Shown piece after piece: positions 42,301-55,277 of a stretch of 64,000 nucleotides of DNA. How positions within the stretch are numbered: the first letter of the stretch is position 1; every line of letters begins with the position of its first letter. The stretch lies in the NCBI RefSeq assembly GCF_018350175.1, contig NC_058368.1, positions 92,010,001-92,074,000 on the forward strand, in the 5' to 3' direction. Under the pieces are notes generated by a model that had not been told where the DNA came from, did not search any database, and was given only the letters and a program-made list of their open reading frames with translations. Origin of the DNA: Felis catus (Eukaryota). The position numbers and the translations under genes were made by a program.

Positions 42301-42648
42301 GGTTTCGCCCCCGCAGGTACTGCCTCCTTCGCCGCTCCCAGTACGGGTGAGGCGGACTCTCAGACCAGCGGGAGCCAGTGTCCTAGTCACTTCCCGCCCT
42401 CACCAGGCCCCGCCTCCCCTGGGCCCCGGCCCCTATCCGCTCCGCCCTCCGGCCGAGACTCCGCCCCGTTTGGCCTGTATTTAAGGGTCTGAGCGTCAAC
42501 GATTGGTCTGAGTCAGAGACTTCATTTCCCGATTGGCTGGGGTGTACGACAGGCTTACGCAGAACGGGGTGACCCGGAAGTGATTCTTGAGGCTAGGGGC
42601 CGCGTGGCTTCGCCTGCTGCGGGCTAGGTTGCAGCAGCTGCTGCTGCG

Positions 42649-42808
42649 ATGACCAAAATAAAGGCAGATCCAGACGGGCCGGAGGCTCAGGCGGAGGCTT
42701 GCCTCGGGGAGCGCACTTACCACGAGCTGCTAGTGAATCTGAACCCCATCGCGCAGCCCCTGGCTTCTCGCCGTCTCACGCGGAAGCTCTACAAATGCAT
42801 CAAGAAAG
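42649..42808 (+). CDS. NHP2: NHP2 exon 1 coding part
   Basis: ATG at 42649; ends AAGAAAG|GTgctg (weak donor). Confidence 0.93.
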
Positions 42809-45800
42809 GTGCTGCAGCCGCCGCGGTGGCCGGTGGTGGCGCGGGTGGTGGGCCGAGACCCCCACACTGACTCTTCTGTCGTTGCAGCTGTGAAGCAGAA
42901 GCAGATTCGGCGCGGGGTGAAGGAAGTTCAGAAATTTATCAACAAAGGCGAGAAAGGGTAAGGACCCCCTCCCCCCCGCCCCCGCTGGATTTTTGCATTT
43001 CTGAACGATAACAGGTATCTCTACTAAGTAGGTGTTTGAGAAAAGTCGGCTGAAAGCGGGGGAGGGCGCTGGATGGTTCAGTCGGTTGAACCTTAGTTGG
43101 TAAGATTGAGCCTCACATCAGGCTCTGTGCTGACAGCGTGGAGCCTGCTTGTGATTTTCTCTCCCTCTCTCTAACCATAAAAAAAAAAAAAAGTGATCGG
43201 ATTCAGCCCCACATACGGAAAATAATCAGCAGCCCGTGACTTCCCTTCAATACAGCTAGTGGGTACATCACATCGCTTACAAGAGCGCAAAAGTAACACC
43301 ACTGGGAAAGTGAGTACTGGGGAAGTGAATGGTATAAACCTACTCACTTAGGGTAGACACCAGCTTCATTCACTCATAGACTATTGTCTATATTCTTTTT
43401 CGGGCACTGTGCTATAGGGAGACTGTCTTTAATCAAATACACATAAAATTAAAAGTTCTGAGATAACTGAAGGAGTAAACAGGGTGTAGTGAGGATGACT
43501 TCATTACTTTTTTGGCATCTGTCAGAATCTGAAACTTACTTATTCCCAGGATCTCCCACTCAGGTCAGACAGTAAGCTCTTTGAAAACAGGATAAAGCCT
43601 CTCATTGCTTTATCCCTAGAAGTATATGGTATGTTGTTGGTGCTCAAGAGATAAACAGTCCTGGGATTATTTGATGCCCAGTGGGAAGTCTGACCAAGAG
43701 GGCAGGGCTTCTGCCAGAAGATACTGGGTGCCACAATAGGAGAGAGGATAGTGGAGGACAGAAGTATTACCTTCTCATGGGGCTTTGTAAGCTGTGGTAA
43801 GTTTAGTTTTCATACTCAGCTTTGCAGGCCACTGAGGGTTAAAAGCCAGGGAGTGACAGAATTGTTTACCCTTAGGATTTTTCTGGCAACTCTGGAAAGG
43901 ATCAAGGGCGCAAGAGTACACAAGGAAATTGAGATAGGAGACTGCTGTAGTCTAGAGGAGGTGGGGGGTGATTTTGATGAGGTTAGTGGTGGCTGAAATA
44001 GAATTAAAGTGGATGGATCTGAGAGAACTTTCAGACATGCAATGAGGAGGTATGGATTCCAGCTGAAGAGGGAAGATCATGAGTTTTGTTTTAGACACAT
44101 GACCTGCCTCATCCTATACCCCCCCCCCCCCCCCCCCAGCAGAACTGTCAACTTGGCAGGTGGCTGTATAGATTTGGGGCTTGGAAGGGAGAGGCCAGGC
44201 AGGAGAGAACAGATTTGGGAGTTGTATGCACATGGCAGTGAGGCCATGGCAGTGCCTGGGGTCACCCAGGGAGAAGGTACTGAGAGGGCAGCCAAGGATC
44301 AGGCTGTGAGGAGCCCCAGCACTTAAAGGCCACTCAGAGGAAGAGGTGTGCAGAGGAGAGCCCAGAAGACCAAAGAAAAACTAGAGGAGAGCGGGCCCAG
44401 TACTTTGAACTAAGAGCTCTTCCCTTATGTTTGCCTGTCACTCCCTGGAGAAACACTCTTCCTTGCCCCAGAGGCCTGACGTCTTGCCAGAGAGGTATCC
44501 TACCTGAGGGTTCTCTGGCAAGCCTTCATTAGTTCTGGTCACTCTTGGGACTGAGCGAATGCTTCTCAGCCCAGCACTCAAGGCCTTTGGATATGGCCCC
44601 TACTAATCTCTCTAGCCTTCTCGTCTACCCTATCCTAGATTCCAAAGGCCCATCCCAGGCCCCCGCCAGCCAGCTCCTGGGTATGTGGTGCCATTCTGAG
44701 TCTCAGTCTTAAATGCTTTCCCTGTACCCAGCCCCTCCATGGACTGCCTGACCCCTAAGAAGGTGCCAGCTTTCTGATCCATTGTCCCCTCCTGATTTTT
44801 TTTTTTTTTTTTTCCAGTTTTAGTTGTTTGAGAGAGAACGTGGATAGAGCAGGGGCAGAGAGGGAGAGAGAATCCCAAGCAGGCTCTGCGCCAGCATAGA
44901 GCCTGACATGGGGCTCAAACTCACAAACAGTGAGATCATGATCTGAGCTGAAATCAAGTCAAGACATTTAACCAACTGAGCCAGCCACCCAGGCGCCCCA
45001 TCCTGATTCCTTTCTTGACTCTTCAAGAACTTAGCTTACTCCTTGGGGTCACTACCGTACCTCACCTGTCCCAGTGGGATCCCACTTGTCACACTTCGTG
45101 GCATTCACTTAATTTGCCAAGAACTAGGGATCACCTCCCCAGAGGAAGGTGATCATCAAACACAAATTTGCGCGTACTTTCTTTCAGGAGGTGGGAGATC
45201 CACATTAAAACTGAGGTCCTTGAGAGCAAGGTCCATCTTACTGGTCTCTGGACAGAGGCACTTTTGACTGAAAGCGGGACTGAGCAAGTTAGAGATGAGG
45301 GTTTCTCTCATTTCAGGATCATGGTTTTGGCAGGAGACACATTGCCCATTGAGGTATACTGCCATCTCCCAGTTATGTGCGAGGACCGGAATTTGCCCTA
45401 TGTCTATATCCCCTCCAAGACGGTAAGGAGCACACGACCCCCGCCCCGGTCTTGGTCAGCATTGGAACAGCGGGTGTGGGGTCAGGTCTGTGGGAGCAGG
45501 CCACAGTGGGAAAGAACACAGGCTTTGGAGGCAGACCGGAATGGATCCTTGGCGCTACCGGCTCCCGGTTGAGGGATTGCATGTTGGCGCTTTGCACTTC
45601 ACTTTCCTTCTTGTGAGCTGGGAATCCTTGCCCTCGTGGACCATGGGAATGGAAAAGGAGGTGTGTGTGGATGTGCTGTCGACCAGGTTGCAGTGCTTGT
45701 GTTAGTCCTGTTAGGTGGCTGCTGTGCTTGGGGAGGAGTGGGCATTCAAGGGGCTTGTGCAGCTGGCCTTATCCTTATACAGGGGCCGTGGCCCAGAGAG

Positions 45801-46158
45801 GAGGTTGGCAGGGACCAGGAGAACACAGGTCCGGCCTAAGGAGATAGCCTCTGCTGGGCCGGAGCCCATTTGTGCTTGCTGTGTGGCAGTGTAGGCCCAG
45901 TGTTGCTGGACCTGACTCGAAAGTTGGCAGAGTTGAAATGATGGTGTCATGCAGACCACACGGCACTTGTCTGTGGGCCGGATGAGGCCAGCAGGTCATG
46001 GGTCTTGCAGCCTTTTTTCCCCTGCTCCACAGGACCTGGGGGCAGCCGCAGGCTCCAAGCGCCCCACCTGCGTGATCATGGTCAAGCCCCACGAGGAGTA
46101 CCAGGAGGCTTATGACGAGTGCCTGGAGGAGGTGCAGGCCCTGCCCCCACCCATGTGA
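42649..46158 (+). CDS. NHP2: H/ACA ribonucleoprotein complex subunit 2 (L7Ae family; also a telomerase RNP component), 153 aa; join(42649..42808,42888..42957,45317..45422,46033..46158)
   Basis: MTKIKADPDGPEAQAEACLGERTYHELLVNLNPIAQPLASRRLTRKLYKCIKK-AVKQKQIRRGVKEVQKFINKGEKG-IMVLAGDTLPIEVYCHLPVMCEDRNLPYVYIPSKT-DLGAAAGSKRPTCVIMVKPHEEYQEAYDECLEEVQALPPPM*. Exons sum to 462 nt. Confidence 0.97.
42888..42957 (+). CDS. NHP2: NHP2 exon 2
   Basis: ttgcAG|CTGTGAAG ... GAAAGG|GTaagg. Confidence 0.94.
45317..45422 (+). CDS. NHP2: NHP2 exon 3
   Basis: tttcAG|GATCATGG ... AAGACG|GTaagg. Confidence 0.95.
46033..46158 (+). CDS. NHP2: NHP2 exon 4 coding part
   Basis: ccacAG|GACCTGGGG ... CCCATGTGA. Confidence 0.95.
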   Translation, partial: DLGAAAGSKRPTCVIMVKPHEEYQEAYDECLEEVQALPPPM

Positions 46159-46361
46159 AGGACTCGGGCACTTGCTCCGGAAGTGGTTGGTCTGGCAGTG
46201 GGCCAGCTGGTTGTCCTCCTGCGGCCTGTGTCTGTGCATCGCCCTGGTCCCCTGCAGCATGTCTTCTTCCCGGGCAGCTCTGCCGGCTCTTTTGTGAAGG
46301 CATAGCCAGAATGTTCCGTTGAGCATTGGTGAAGACCACTCCGAGGGTATAGTGAGGGGGA

Positions 46362-46367
46362 AGTAAA
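46362..46367 (+). terminator. Likely NHP2 polyadenylation signal (variant AGTAAA)
   Basis: AGTAAA ~200 nt after the stop, followed by GU-rich ggtggtgagtctgtgggtgtcttttt; no AATAAA seen nearby. Confidence 0.6.
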
Positions 46368-47639
46368 TGCTAAGACTAAAAGGTGGTGAGTCTGTGGGTG
46401 TCTTTTTCAGCGGCAGGTGCTGCTCGGCCAAGGAGGTGGTGGGCAGGAGGGAGTAGAAGCAGCCATTCTTGGCAGACAACCCGAAGGACTTACAGGGTGT
46501 CCCAGGCTGCTGCCAGACCCAGGCTGAGTCTGGGCCCTCCCATGGCCATGGTAGGTGGCCTCAGGATGAGGCCACTGCAGCCAACCCCATGCCCAGAGCC
46601 TGCAGCCCCTGCGCTGGGCACACCCCCATTCCTTTCTTCCTTTCCCTGCCCCTACGAGCCTGAAATGCCACTGGGAAATGTATGGAAACTATTTACCCAC
46701 GTGCACAGCAAATGTGAAAGAGGGGTATGAAGCTAGAAACAAAACCCTGGGCCACCGTTCCTACTTGGCACAATGACCCCGGTAACCCAGTCCCTTCAGA
46801 CATTTCAGACTTAGGGTGCCTTCCTGCTCTCTAAGGCCCAGCACAGGGCTCCGTGGGTACAGTGACCAAGCTCCATGTGCCCTGGGGTAAACTGAAAAGA
46901 GCTTGAGACTGAGGGTCGGATCTGGTTTAAATTCTGAGCTCTCTCCTTTACAAGCTGTGAGCCCCGTAAGTCAACTCAGTTTGTCTTCCTAACTCCCCTC
47001 ACACTGCTTCCTAGTAAGGAGAGGAAAAGACTTTATACATGTTTGTGTAAAAGCATCTTGCCTGGGGTCTGACATCACCGGGCCCTTTCACCCAGTCAGG
47101 GATGTAAAGTGGGTTCTCTCTGGGTACAGTGGGCGTGCAGTGATTCCTTGTCGGTGAAGTAAGGAGAAGGCCTGTGAATATATTTGCTCAGTTATAAAAC
47201 CACGGCATTCAGTTCAAACCTGACTATTTACAGTGGGAAGTGGATACATACAGTTGTGAGGCTGTACCACTGGAGCAGCAGATACAGCATGGGTGTAGCC
47301 ATCAGCGACCCGGCTGGGGGCAGGATGCCAGGACTGGGAAGATGTCCGTGTTGCCTGCCAAGTCCTCTGCCTCTCTGTTGGTTGTGACTAAGTCAGTGGC
47401 AGATACAGATAGGGAAACGGCAGGAGTGCAGAGGCCAGTGTCTGCCTACCCTCATGGCCAAGGAGCCAGCTGCCTGGCACAAACTGGTTCATCTCCCTTC
47501 TTGGCCTCTGCCTGGAGTGGCACTCGGCCATTTGCGCTGAAGTGAACCACAATCCACAGACAGCAGCTACCCTTGCGTAGACAAGACCAAGGCTCAAGGG
47601 TGAAAAGCCCCTTTTGACAAAGTTCCTCCCAGGCGGGTA

Positions 47640-47703
47640 TCAGAATATGATGCGTTTCCCGTCAGCCGGGTTCTGCTCCATGGGACAGTAGGGACACTTG
47701 AGC
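47640..47703 (-). CDS. RMND5B: RMND5B last coding exon
   Basis: [20 protein letters not shown]. Confidence 0.94.
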
Positions 47704-50700
47704 CTGCAAAGGGAGGAGAACAAAGAGTGTCTCGGGGGCTGGCCAGCAGGAGAGCGAAACGGAGGTGGAGTAGAACCCGGGGAACTTACTTTCCACCGTT
47801 AATGAGCTTGTTGAGCGCATCTCGAGAGATCACGTGGCCGCAGATGAGCTTGATGGGAGGGTTGGAATCTGACGTCTGCTGCCGTAGGATGGGGCAGGCA
47901 AACACCGAGTGGTACCAGCACTTCATGCCCAGTTCGATCTCGATCTGGGGGTGGGGGCACCACGGAGGGGTGAGCCCCACTTCTGGCCACGGCTGCCCTT
48001 CCTGGTGCTGCCACCAGCCCACACCTCCCCCCCGCCAGGCCTCACCGGTAACTCATCCTTGTGACTCCAGACCCCCGTGCACTGCCGCTGCTCAATCACG
48101 GCCTTGATGTTCATCAGCACCGGCAGCGCCACACAGCCAGAGGCAAAGCTGCGGAACAAAGAGCAGGGGCTGCAGTGGCCCAGACCACGGACCCAGAGGA
48201 CAAAGGCACCAGCACACTGTTGTTGGCTTGTGTCCTGGGACAGGGTTCTAAAGTGGCACATGGTCAGATTGGTCCTTGAAAATCGCGCCGGTCGCTCATA
48301 AAGTGCCACGTGTGGTTAATGTGTGTCCAACTCTAGGATCATTCTAACGCACCCCTGAGTTTGCGAACCTATGGGAGAGACAAAAGGAAGATCTAGGGGG
48401 CAGATCCCTGCTCGTCCAACTACTGGAATGTCATTGCTGTGTTAGGGACAGTGATCGGTTTGCAGGGGCCCCAGCCTGCCTGTCTTCCCTGCTCTGTTGT
48501 CATAATGCACCTCTGACTGGTTGTCTACATGGTTGTCATCACTTGGAAACGGGGTTAGACTCAGATCTCACAGTGACTCAGGCAGGGGCGGGGAGTCGAC
48601 TGGCTGGCGCCTCGGGTGCTAAATACCTATGATGCTCAGGGAAATCGTGCACTACAGAACCATCCTGAAGTGCCACTGGTGTCCCTGCTGGGAAACACTG
48701 TTCTATAACGTGAATCCTTCACCCTGGGGAGGGGAGGGGAGGGGTAGGAGACTCCACAACCAGTCTAAATAAAATGGCACCGTGACGCTATCCGTTGTGG
48801 TACAGTCTGAGGTTCTGGGGTCTGTGACGCCCTGGGCAAGTTCATTTGTGCGTCGAGCCTGTGTGTTTTCTCATCTGTAAAATGAGGATATCCACCTGCA
48901 ACTCACGACCTTGGGGAGTCATGAGAACATTACTGTAAAGGAGTCTTCCAAGGGAAAAGTCTCAATACATGTTACTCAGCCACTTTCAAATCTCCCTGAA
49001 GGGACGTGGTTTGAGATATGAGGTTGAGAGGACAGGCTGCAGGGGGTCTTGTGATAATTCAGGGGTGAGGTGCAGGCAAGACAGAGACCTCATTCCAAAG
49101 ACCTTACAGAAGGGGAACGTTGACCCTGCCCCTGACCTTGCAGTGACATCAGGCCACAACTCTTCCTGATCTCAGCTTCTCCACCTGTAAGAACAGGTAA
49201 CTCCTACCTGGAGGAATGACTGAAAGAGCCAGTTTAGGTTTGAGAGAACCAAGCACCATCCCTGGAACATGACTGGCCTCGGCAAACTGTTTCCCTGGAA
49301 ACCCTCCCGCTGGCGCTGCCCCCACAGGGCTGCCTGTACCTGACGCTGAGGGGCGACTCCACCGAGAGCCCCAGCAGGGAACAGGCATCCCGGGTAAAGG
49401 TCTCGCAGATCTCTGCCCAGTGGCTGTTGTCCAGAAGGTGGCAGTAGGGTGACTTCTCCAAGCCCAGCCGCAGGTACACCAGACTGCCCATCATCACCTG
49501 GATTTCTACAAGGTGAGCAGGGCACAGGTTGGTGCACTGGCTGGGGAGCAGGGCACAGATCTGGGTGCACGGGCTGGAGAGCAGACTGAGCCCCGCAGTG
49601 CCCAGGGCCCTGAACAGGCTGAGGGGGCGATGAGATGCCCTCGGGCAAAACCAGTTTTCCCTAAAGTCCCGTGTGGAGGCGGAGCCTCTTCATGTGTGGG
49701 GCAAAGAAGCATCCTCGCAAGGCAATCAGGAGAGTGTGACTTCGCTGCCCATCCTTTCAAGTGCACGATGAAGAGGGAGTCTCCCTCACGTTTCTCTTAC
49801 CTCAACACTAGCTACTCTCCCTGTTAAAAAAACTTCCAGGTGGTATCTAGATTTATTAACAGTGCCTGGTTTTCATAATTTCACAAATAAAATGTGAGGT
49901 GATAAGTAGATAGAAACAGAGCTAAAGAAAAAAGGGACCAATGGTAGGGGTGGTTACTAGCAGGGAACATCTGGAAAGTGAGGCTCAAATGACTAAGGTG
50001 TGGAAATGCTGGTGTGACAGAAGGTTCGTGAAGAAAGCTGTGGAGGACGTGCCGGGAAGAAGTGGGATTCTCCTAGGTGGGAGGCCTGTATTGAGGCCAG
50101 GCAGCATGAGGGCGTGGGTGTCCCGGGCACACACAGGCCCGCCCTGCTGAGTGTGGGTGTGGCACAGAGCAGGTGTCAGGGACCAGAGTGGTCTGAGATG
50201 ATGGCAGAGGCAGATGCAGAGGAAGAGCCTTGAGTTCGGAGTTCACCTCGGAGACAGTGAGGGAGCAGTCAGAGTTCTCACGCTGGGGAACGGCATCCTG
50301 GTTACATGCAGCCCCTCAGGTGGGGCAGGGACCAGCAGCCCAACAGCCTGACCCATGCTGACACCTGCCGGGGTCCAGCAGCACCCACCCTGGCACCCTG
50401 AGCGCGTACCTCGCTGGTGCAGCCGTGCAAATGGCTGAAAGTGCCGGGCATAGCTGAGGGCCTCTAGCTGCTTCTCGGGGCCGCTTGCCAGGAGCCGGAT
50501 GAAGTGCAGTCGGTGCAGCTTGAACTCCAGGGAACTGTTGAGCTCGAGCAGGCGCTGCCTGTGGGAGATGGCCCACCTGGGAAAAAAGGGAGCCGGTGGG
50601 GTACGAGAGGGGTCCTGGGAGAGCTGGGACTGAGGTGGGCTTCAAAAGCCTAAGTGAGGCCCATGACACAGGGCTGGAGTCATGTCAAGTACACTGGGTG

Positions 50701-53700
50701 ACACGGAGACCACAGACATGCCCTGTGCCCCTCTGGCCCATCTGAGGACTAACTTACTCCAACGCCGGCCCTAGATCTTGTTCATGCAGAGCTTCCAGGA
50801 TTCGATTCAGCTCCAGGAAAGGTTGCTTAAAGTCCAAGTCCACATTCAGGGTGGATTCCTGTGGGGGGAGAGCGCAGTCCCATCGCTGGACATTCAGTTC
50901 AGAACATTTCAGTTCTATAAGGCTGAGCGTTACATGCTGGCCTCCCAGGGCGCAGACTACACACCCGCCCCAGCCCCAGGGTCTGAGACCTGCATGGAAT
51001 AGCATGGTGAGAGCATTGTTCCTCTTCAGTCCTCTTGATTACATTAGGGAAAGCATCCTTTACTTTTACTGTGTGTTTTTAACCTAACAAGTGCTACTTT
51101 GTCGTTTCACTAACCTGCCTATTTAAGAAAGGGCTATTGGGCCTCAACTCAGAACCCTGGCAGGCAACCAGCTCTAGCTAGAAGTTCTGACTTCATGACT
51201 TCACTTTCCATCATATATATGTTTAGAGCTACCTTCTATTTAGGCAGGGGAAATGATTTCCTTTCTAAAACGAACTTCTGTAAAGAGTAACAGGAACCTG
51301 ACATAAAGACAACTATCAAGCGGGAGCAGAACGGGCAGGTGCCAGCACCGTCCGGGCCAGGCCGTTACCTGGCACAGCTCCTCAGCAACACTGAGCATGC
51401 CCTGCTGGTACAGGTGCTCCACGATGGCCATCTGTAGGATCTGCTGCTGCTTCTCCCGTGAGTCCCACACTGCGTCGGAGACGACACCACAGATCTCAGA
51501 GTCAAAGTTCTGACGAGGACAAGAGACAGGGCTCCGTGACTCAGCATCCATGCTGCTCACGCTCACTTTCCCACCTCCCACCGAGCCCGACACACTAGCT
51601 CCAGGGCATCCCCACCCCCAGCCCAGGGATGCCCGCAGGCTCACCCTGTCGATGGCTTTGCCCACTCGAGAGACGCTGCTGTGAATGTCCTTGTGGTCCG
51701 AAGCCAGTTTCTGCACGGTGTCTTTGATCTTCCGGCAGCACTGGGACATCACCAGGGAGAGGGTGGCAGAGAGAGGGGTCCCCTGGAGGGCTGCAGGGAA
51801 ATACCGGCAGTGAGGCAGGACATAGAGGAGCACACCTTGTCCCTGCTTCCTCTAAACACCAGCCTGGAGGCCCGGGAGGAAGCCCTGAACTCCCGAGTAA
51901 AGATCTCAGCTTCTGTCCCACATCCTGCCACTTTGTAACCGCATGCCTTGGAGCTGGTCAAGTGGGCCAAGTGGGTTCATCTCTCGGTTCATTTCCTCAC
52001 CTGTAAAATGGTGTGGCAATGCTGGCCCTGTATGCTGCTGTGAAATGTAGATGATTTGGGACTTCCTGTGGGTAAGCCCTTAATTTTAGCTCATTTAATC
52101 CTCACCACCATGCTCTGCAGTGGGCACTATGGATATCCCGTCCTGTAGCTGAGGCAGGAGCTTGCCAGGTGACAGCAATGACAGATGTAAAACCACCACC
52201 ACACCTGAGGGCTCTTTATGGTCTTGTGTAAGATACCACATGTGAGAAGGCTTTGAACAACAAGGCACTATCCCTGTGTTCGTGCTTTTTATCAACCCAG
52301 AGGATACTGCCAGGGAAGCTCAAGGATATTTCTGGCTCACGCCCCCAGGCCTGCAATGGTTTTCAGGCCCCTCCTCCAGCCCAGCATTGATGGGCCTTCT
52401 TTAGGCAGCAGCACCTTGGGTCAGGGAAAGAAACATGACCCAAGAAGGTCGGGGAGTGTCTCAACTCCAAGACCAGACGCCCTGGAAGAGAGATGCATTC
52501 TGCTAAGATGCTGAACAATCACGATGGGAACTGGAGCTTCTGGAGCACTGTGACCACCTCAGGGGAGCAGTGCTCCGAGTATGAAGCCAGCATACACTGA
52601 GGGGATCACGTGAGCACCTGGACGCAGCTGAGCCTGGACATTTCAGTGACCCGAGTCCATAAATCCAGTCTTCCCGACCCCCGCCTGTTGGTTTAAGCTG
52701 GTCTGAGCTGAGTTTCTGTCACTTGTTTTTGGTTTCTGTTTGTTTTTGAGAGAGAAAGTGTGTGTGTGAGCAGGGGAGGGACAGAGAGAGAGGAGATAAA
52801 ATCCCAAGCAAGCTCCGCACTGCCCAATGAGTAGCTCAAACTCACAAACCGTGAGATCATGACCTGAGCCAAAGTCAAGAGTCGGACCCTCCACCCACTG
52901 AGCCACCCCAGCACCCCCAGGGTTGTCACCTGTAACTGAATGTATCCTGACAAATACAGACAGGAGGCAGTGGATGGGCCACCCTCCTATGCTGGGGAGA
53001 TGGGGCAGGACTGCATTCCACTCTGACATCAGTGCCACCTGCCCCAACCCCAGCTTGCCACTCATCTCTCATATTCTGCTCCATTCAGGTCACAGAGGGC
53101 CACACTCTGCACATTCCCTGGCCACATTCCTGTTAGGACAAAGCAACAGCTTTCAGGAAACCAAACCCTTTTTGTGTTTTTTTAAAGTAAGCTCTAGGCC
53201 CAACGTGGGGCTTGAACTCACGATCCCAAGATCGAGAGTCACATGCTCTACCAACTGAGCCAGCAAGGTGCCCCGAAACCAAAGCCTTTTAACCTGAAAT
53301 CCCCAAATCTTCCCTGCCCAAGGACCCACGGACAACTATGAGCCCTGACAAAAATCCCCATCTGAAAAAACACAGTCTCCGTGTAAAGACGCTACGGCAG
53401 CCATCACCATCTGTTAACCAACAGCACAGTGTACAAGAGTTTCAGACCCACAGAAGGAAACCATTCTACTGCACACAGTTAACATGCCATCAAAGTCAAG
53501 GGCATTTGTTATAGCACGGCACAACCATATGATGGAATGGGAAGCCAAAAGGTACAAGGATGAGGCAGAATTCTATGTACTAATACAGAACATTCCCCAA
53601 GACAAACTAGGAAAGCAAGGCACAGGAAAGCATGTACTTTATTCTACCCTTTTTGAGTTTGGAAAAAAAAAAAGGGGGGGGGGGAACAGACACACATGCC

Positions 53701-55229
53701 ACCTATATGGGCACCCAGATGCTGTCTAGAAGGGCACCTGAGAAACCAGGGACAGGGCTTGACTTGGGAGAGAAGCACACAGACACTGGGAATCAAGGGT
53801 GAAAGTGAGACTCAGTTTTCACTGTAAGCTTTTCTGACCTTAGTCTTTTTCCATGTGCATGCTTTCTTTAAAAAAAAAAAAAAAAAAAGATAAAAAGAAA
53901 ACAAACTCTATACATTTGTTTTTCTCAGTGCTACTAGTGTAGCAATTCTGAAAATACTTTCTACGTACCACAGAAATCAAGCAGATGAGAAATTTATTAA
54001 TGTTGTTCGGAGTCAGGCTTCTCATGGATGCAGAAAAGAGATTTGGCTATGGATGGGGGAAGCCTAGGAAGAACCCTGGATATTGGATTGAAATCAGAGG
54101 TATCCGCACAAACCCATGGCCTGCAACATACAAAGATCTGTCTGCTAAAAAAAGATACAACCCCTCAGTAACAACCCAGATCTTGCTTTCCAACTATCAT
54201 TTTCCACCAAAAGAACCAGTCTCCTTGTAGAAAGAAATTACTGATTCCAGGAACTATCTTATTGTGTAGCCCAAGAAAAAATAAACTAGACTTTGTCAAT
54301 ATTAAAAATTTTATGCTTCGGAGGTGCCTGGGTGGCTTAGTCGGTAAAGCATCAGACTTCAGCTCAGGTCATGATCTCATGGTTCAGGAGTTCTAGCCCC
54401 GTGTCAGGCTCTGTGCTGACAGCTCAGAGCCTGGAGCCTGCTTCAGATTCTGTCTCCCTCTCTCTCTGCCCCTCCCCTACTCATGCTCTGTCTCTCTCTC
54501 TTTCTCTCTGTCAAAAATAAATAAAAACATTAAAAAAAATTTTTTTTTAATTTTATGCTTCAAGGCACCTGGGTGGCTCAGTCAGTTAAGTGTCTGACTT
54601 TGGCTCAGGTCATGACCTCACAGTTCATGGGTTCGAGCCCTGCATTGGGCTCTGTGCTGACAGCTCAGAGCCTGGAGCCTGCTTTGTATTTTGCCTCCCT
54701 CTCTCTCTGCCCCTCCCCCTCTGCCTCTGTCTCTCTCAAAAGTAAATAAACACACACAAAAAAATTATGCTTCAAAGGATACTATCAAAAAAGTGAAAAG
54801 ACATGACAAGTGCCTGGGTGGCTCAGTCAGTTAAGCTTTAAATTTTTTTTATGTTTATTTTTGAGAGAGACAGAGACAGAGTGCAATTGGGGGGGTGGGG
54901 CGGAAGGTGGTGTGCAGAGAGGGAGACACAGAATCCAAAGCAGGCTCCAGGCTCTGAGCTGTCAGTACAGAGCCCAACGTGGGGCTCGAACTCGTTAATC
55001 ACAAGATCATGACCTGAGCCAAAGCTGGGCGCTCAACCAACTGAGCCACCCAAGTGCCCCTCAGTCAGTTAAGCTTTAGACTCTCGATTTAGGCTCAGGT
55101 CATGATTTCATGGTTCATGAGATTGAGCCCTGCGTTGGGCTCTGCAATGACAGTGTGTGGGGCCTGCTTGGGATTCTCTCTCCCCCTCTCCCCCACTCTC
55201 TCTTTTTCAAAATAAATGAATAAACTTAA

Positions 55230-55277
<48 letters not shown>

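Larger units (their letters stand above)
41750..42990. promoter_or_regulatory. CpG island / NHP2 promoter (GC boxes, ATTGG=reverse CCAAT at ~42502 and ~42532, ETS site CCGGAAGTG at ~42574)
   Basis: CpG-dense stretch covering NHP2 exons 1-2 and upstream sequence; several CCGCCC boxes. Confidence 0.85.

Noticed and set aside
42958..46032. Intronic snoRNA in NHP2 (or HNRNPAB) introns
   Set aside because: No convincing C/D or H/ACA box arrangement seen by eye; an Infernal/Rfam scan would be decisive.
45775..46479. 234-aa minus-strand ORF over NHP2 exon 4
   Set aside because: Antisense shadow ORF with a non-ATG start and no recognisable domain.
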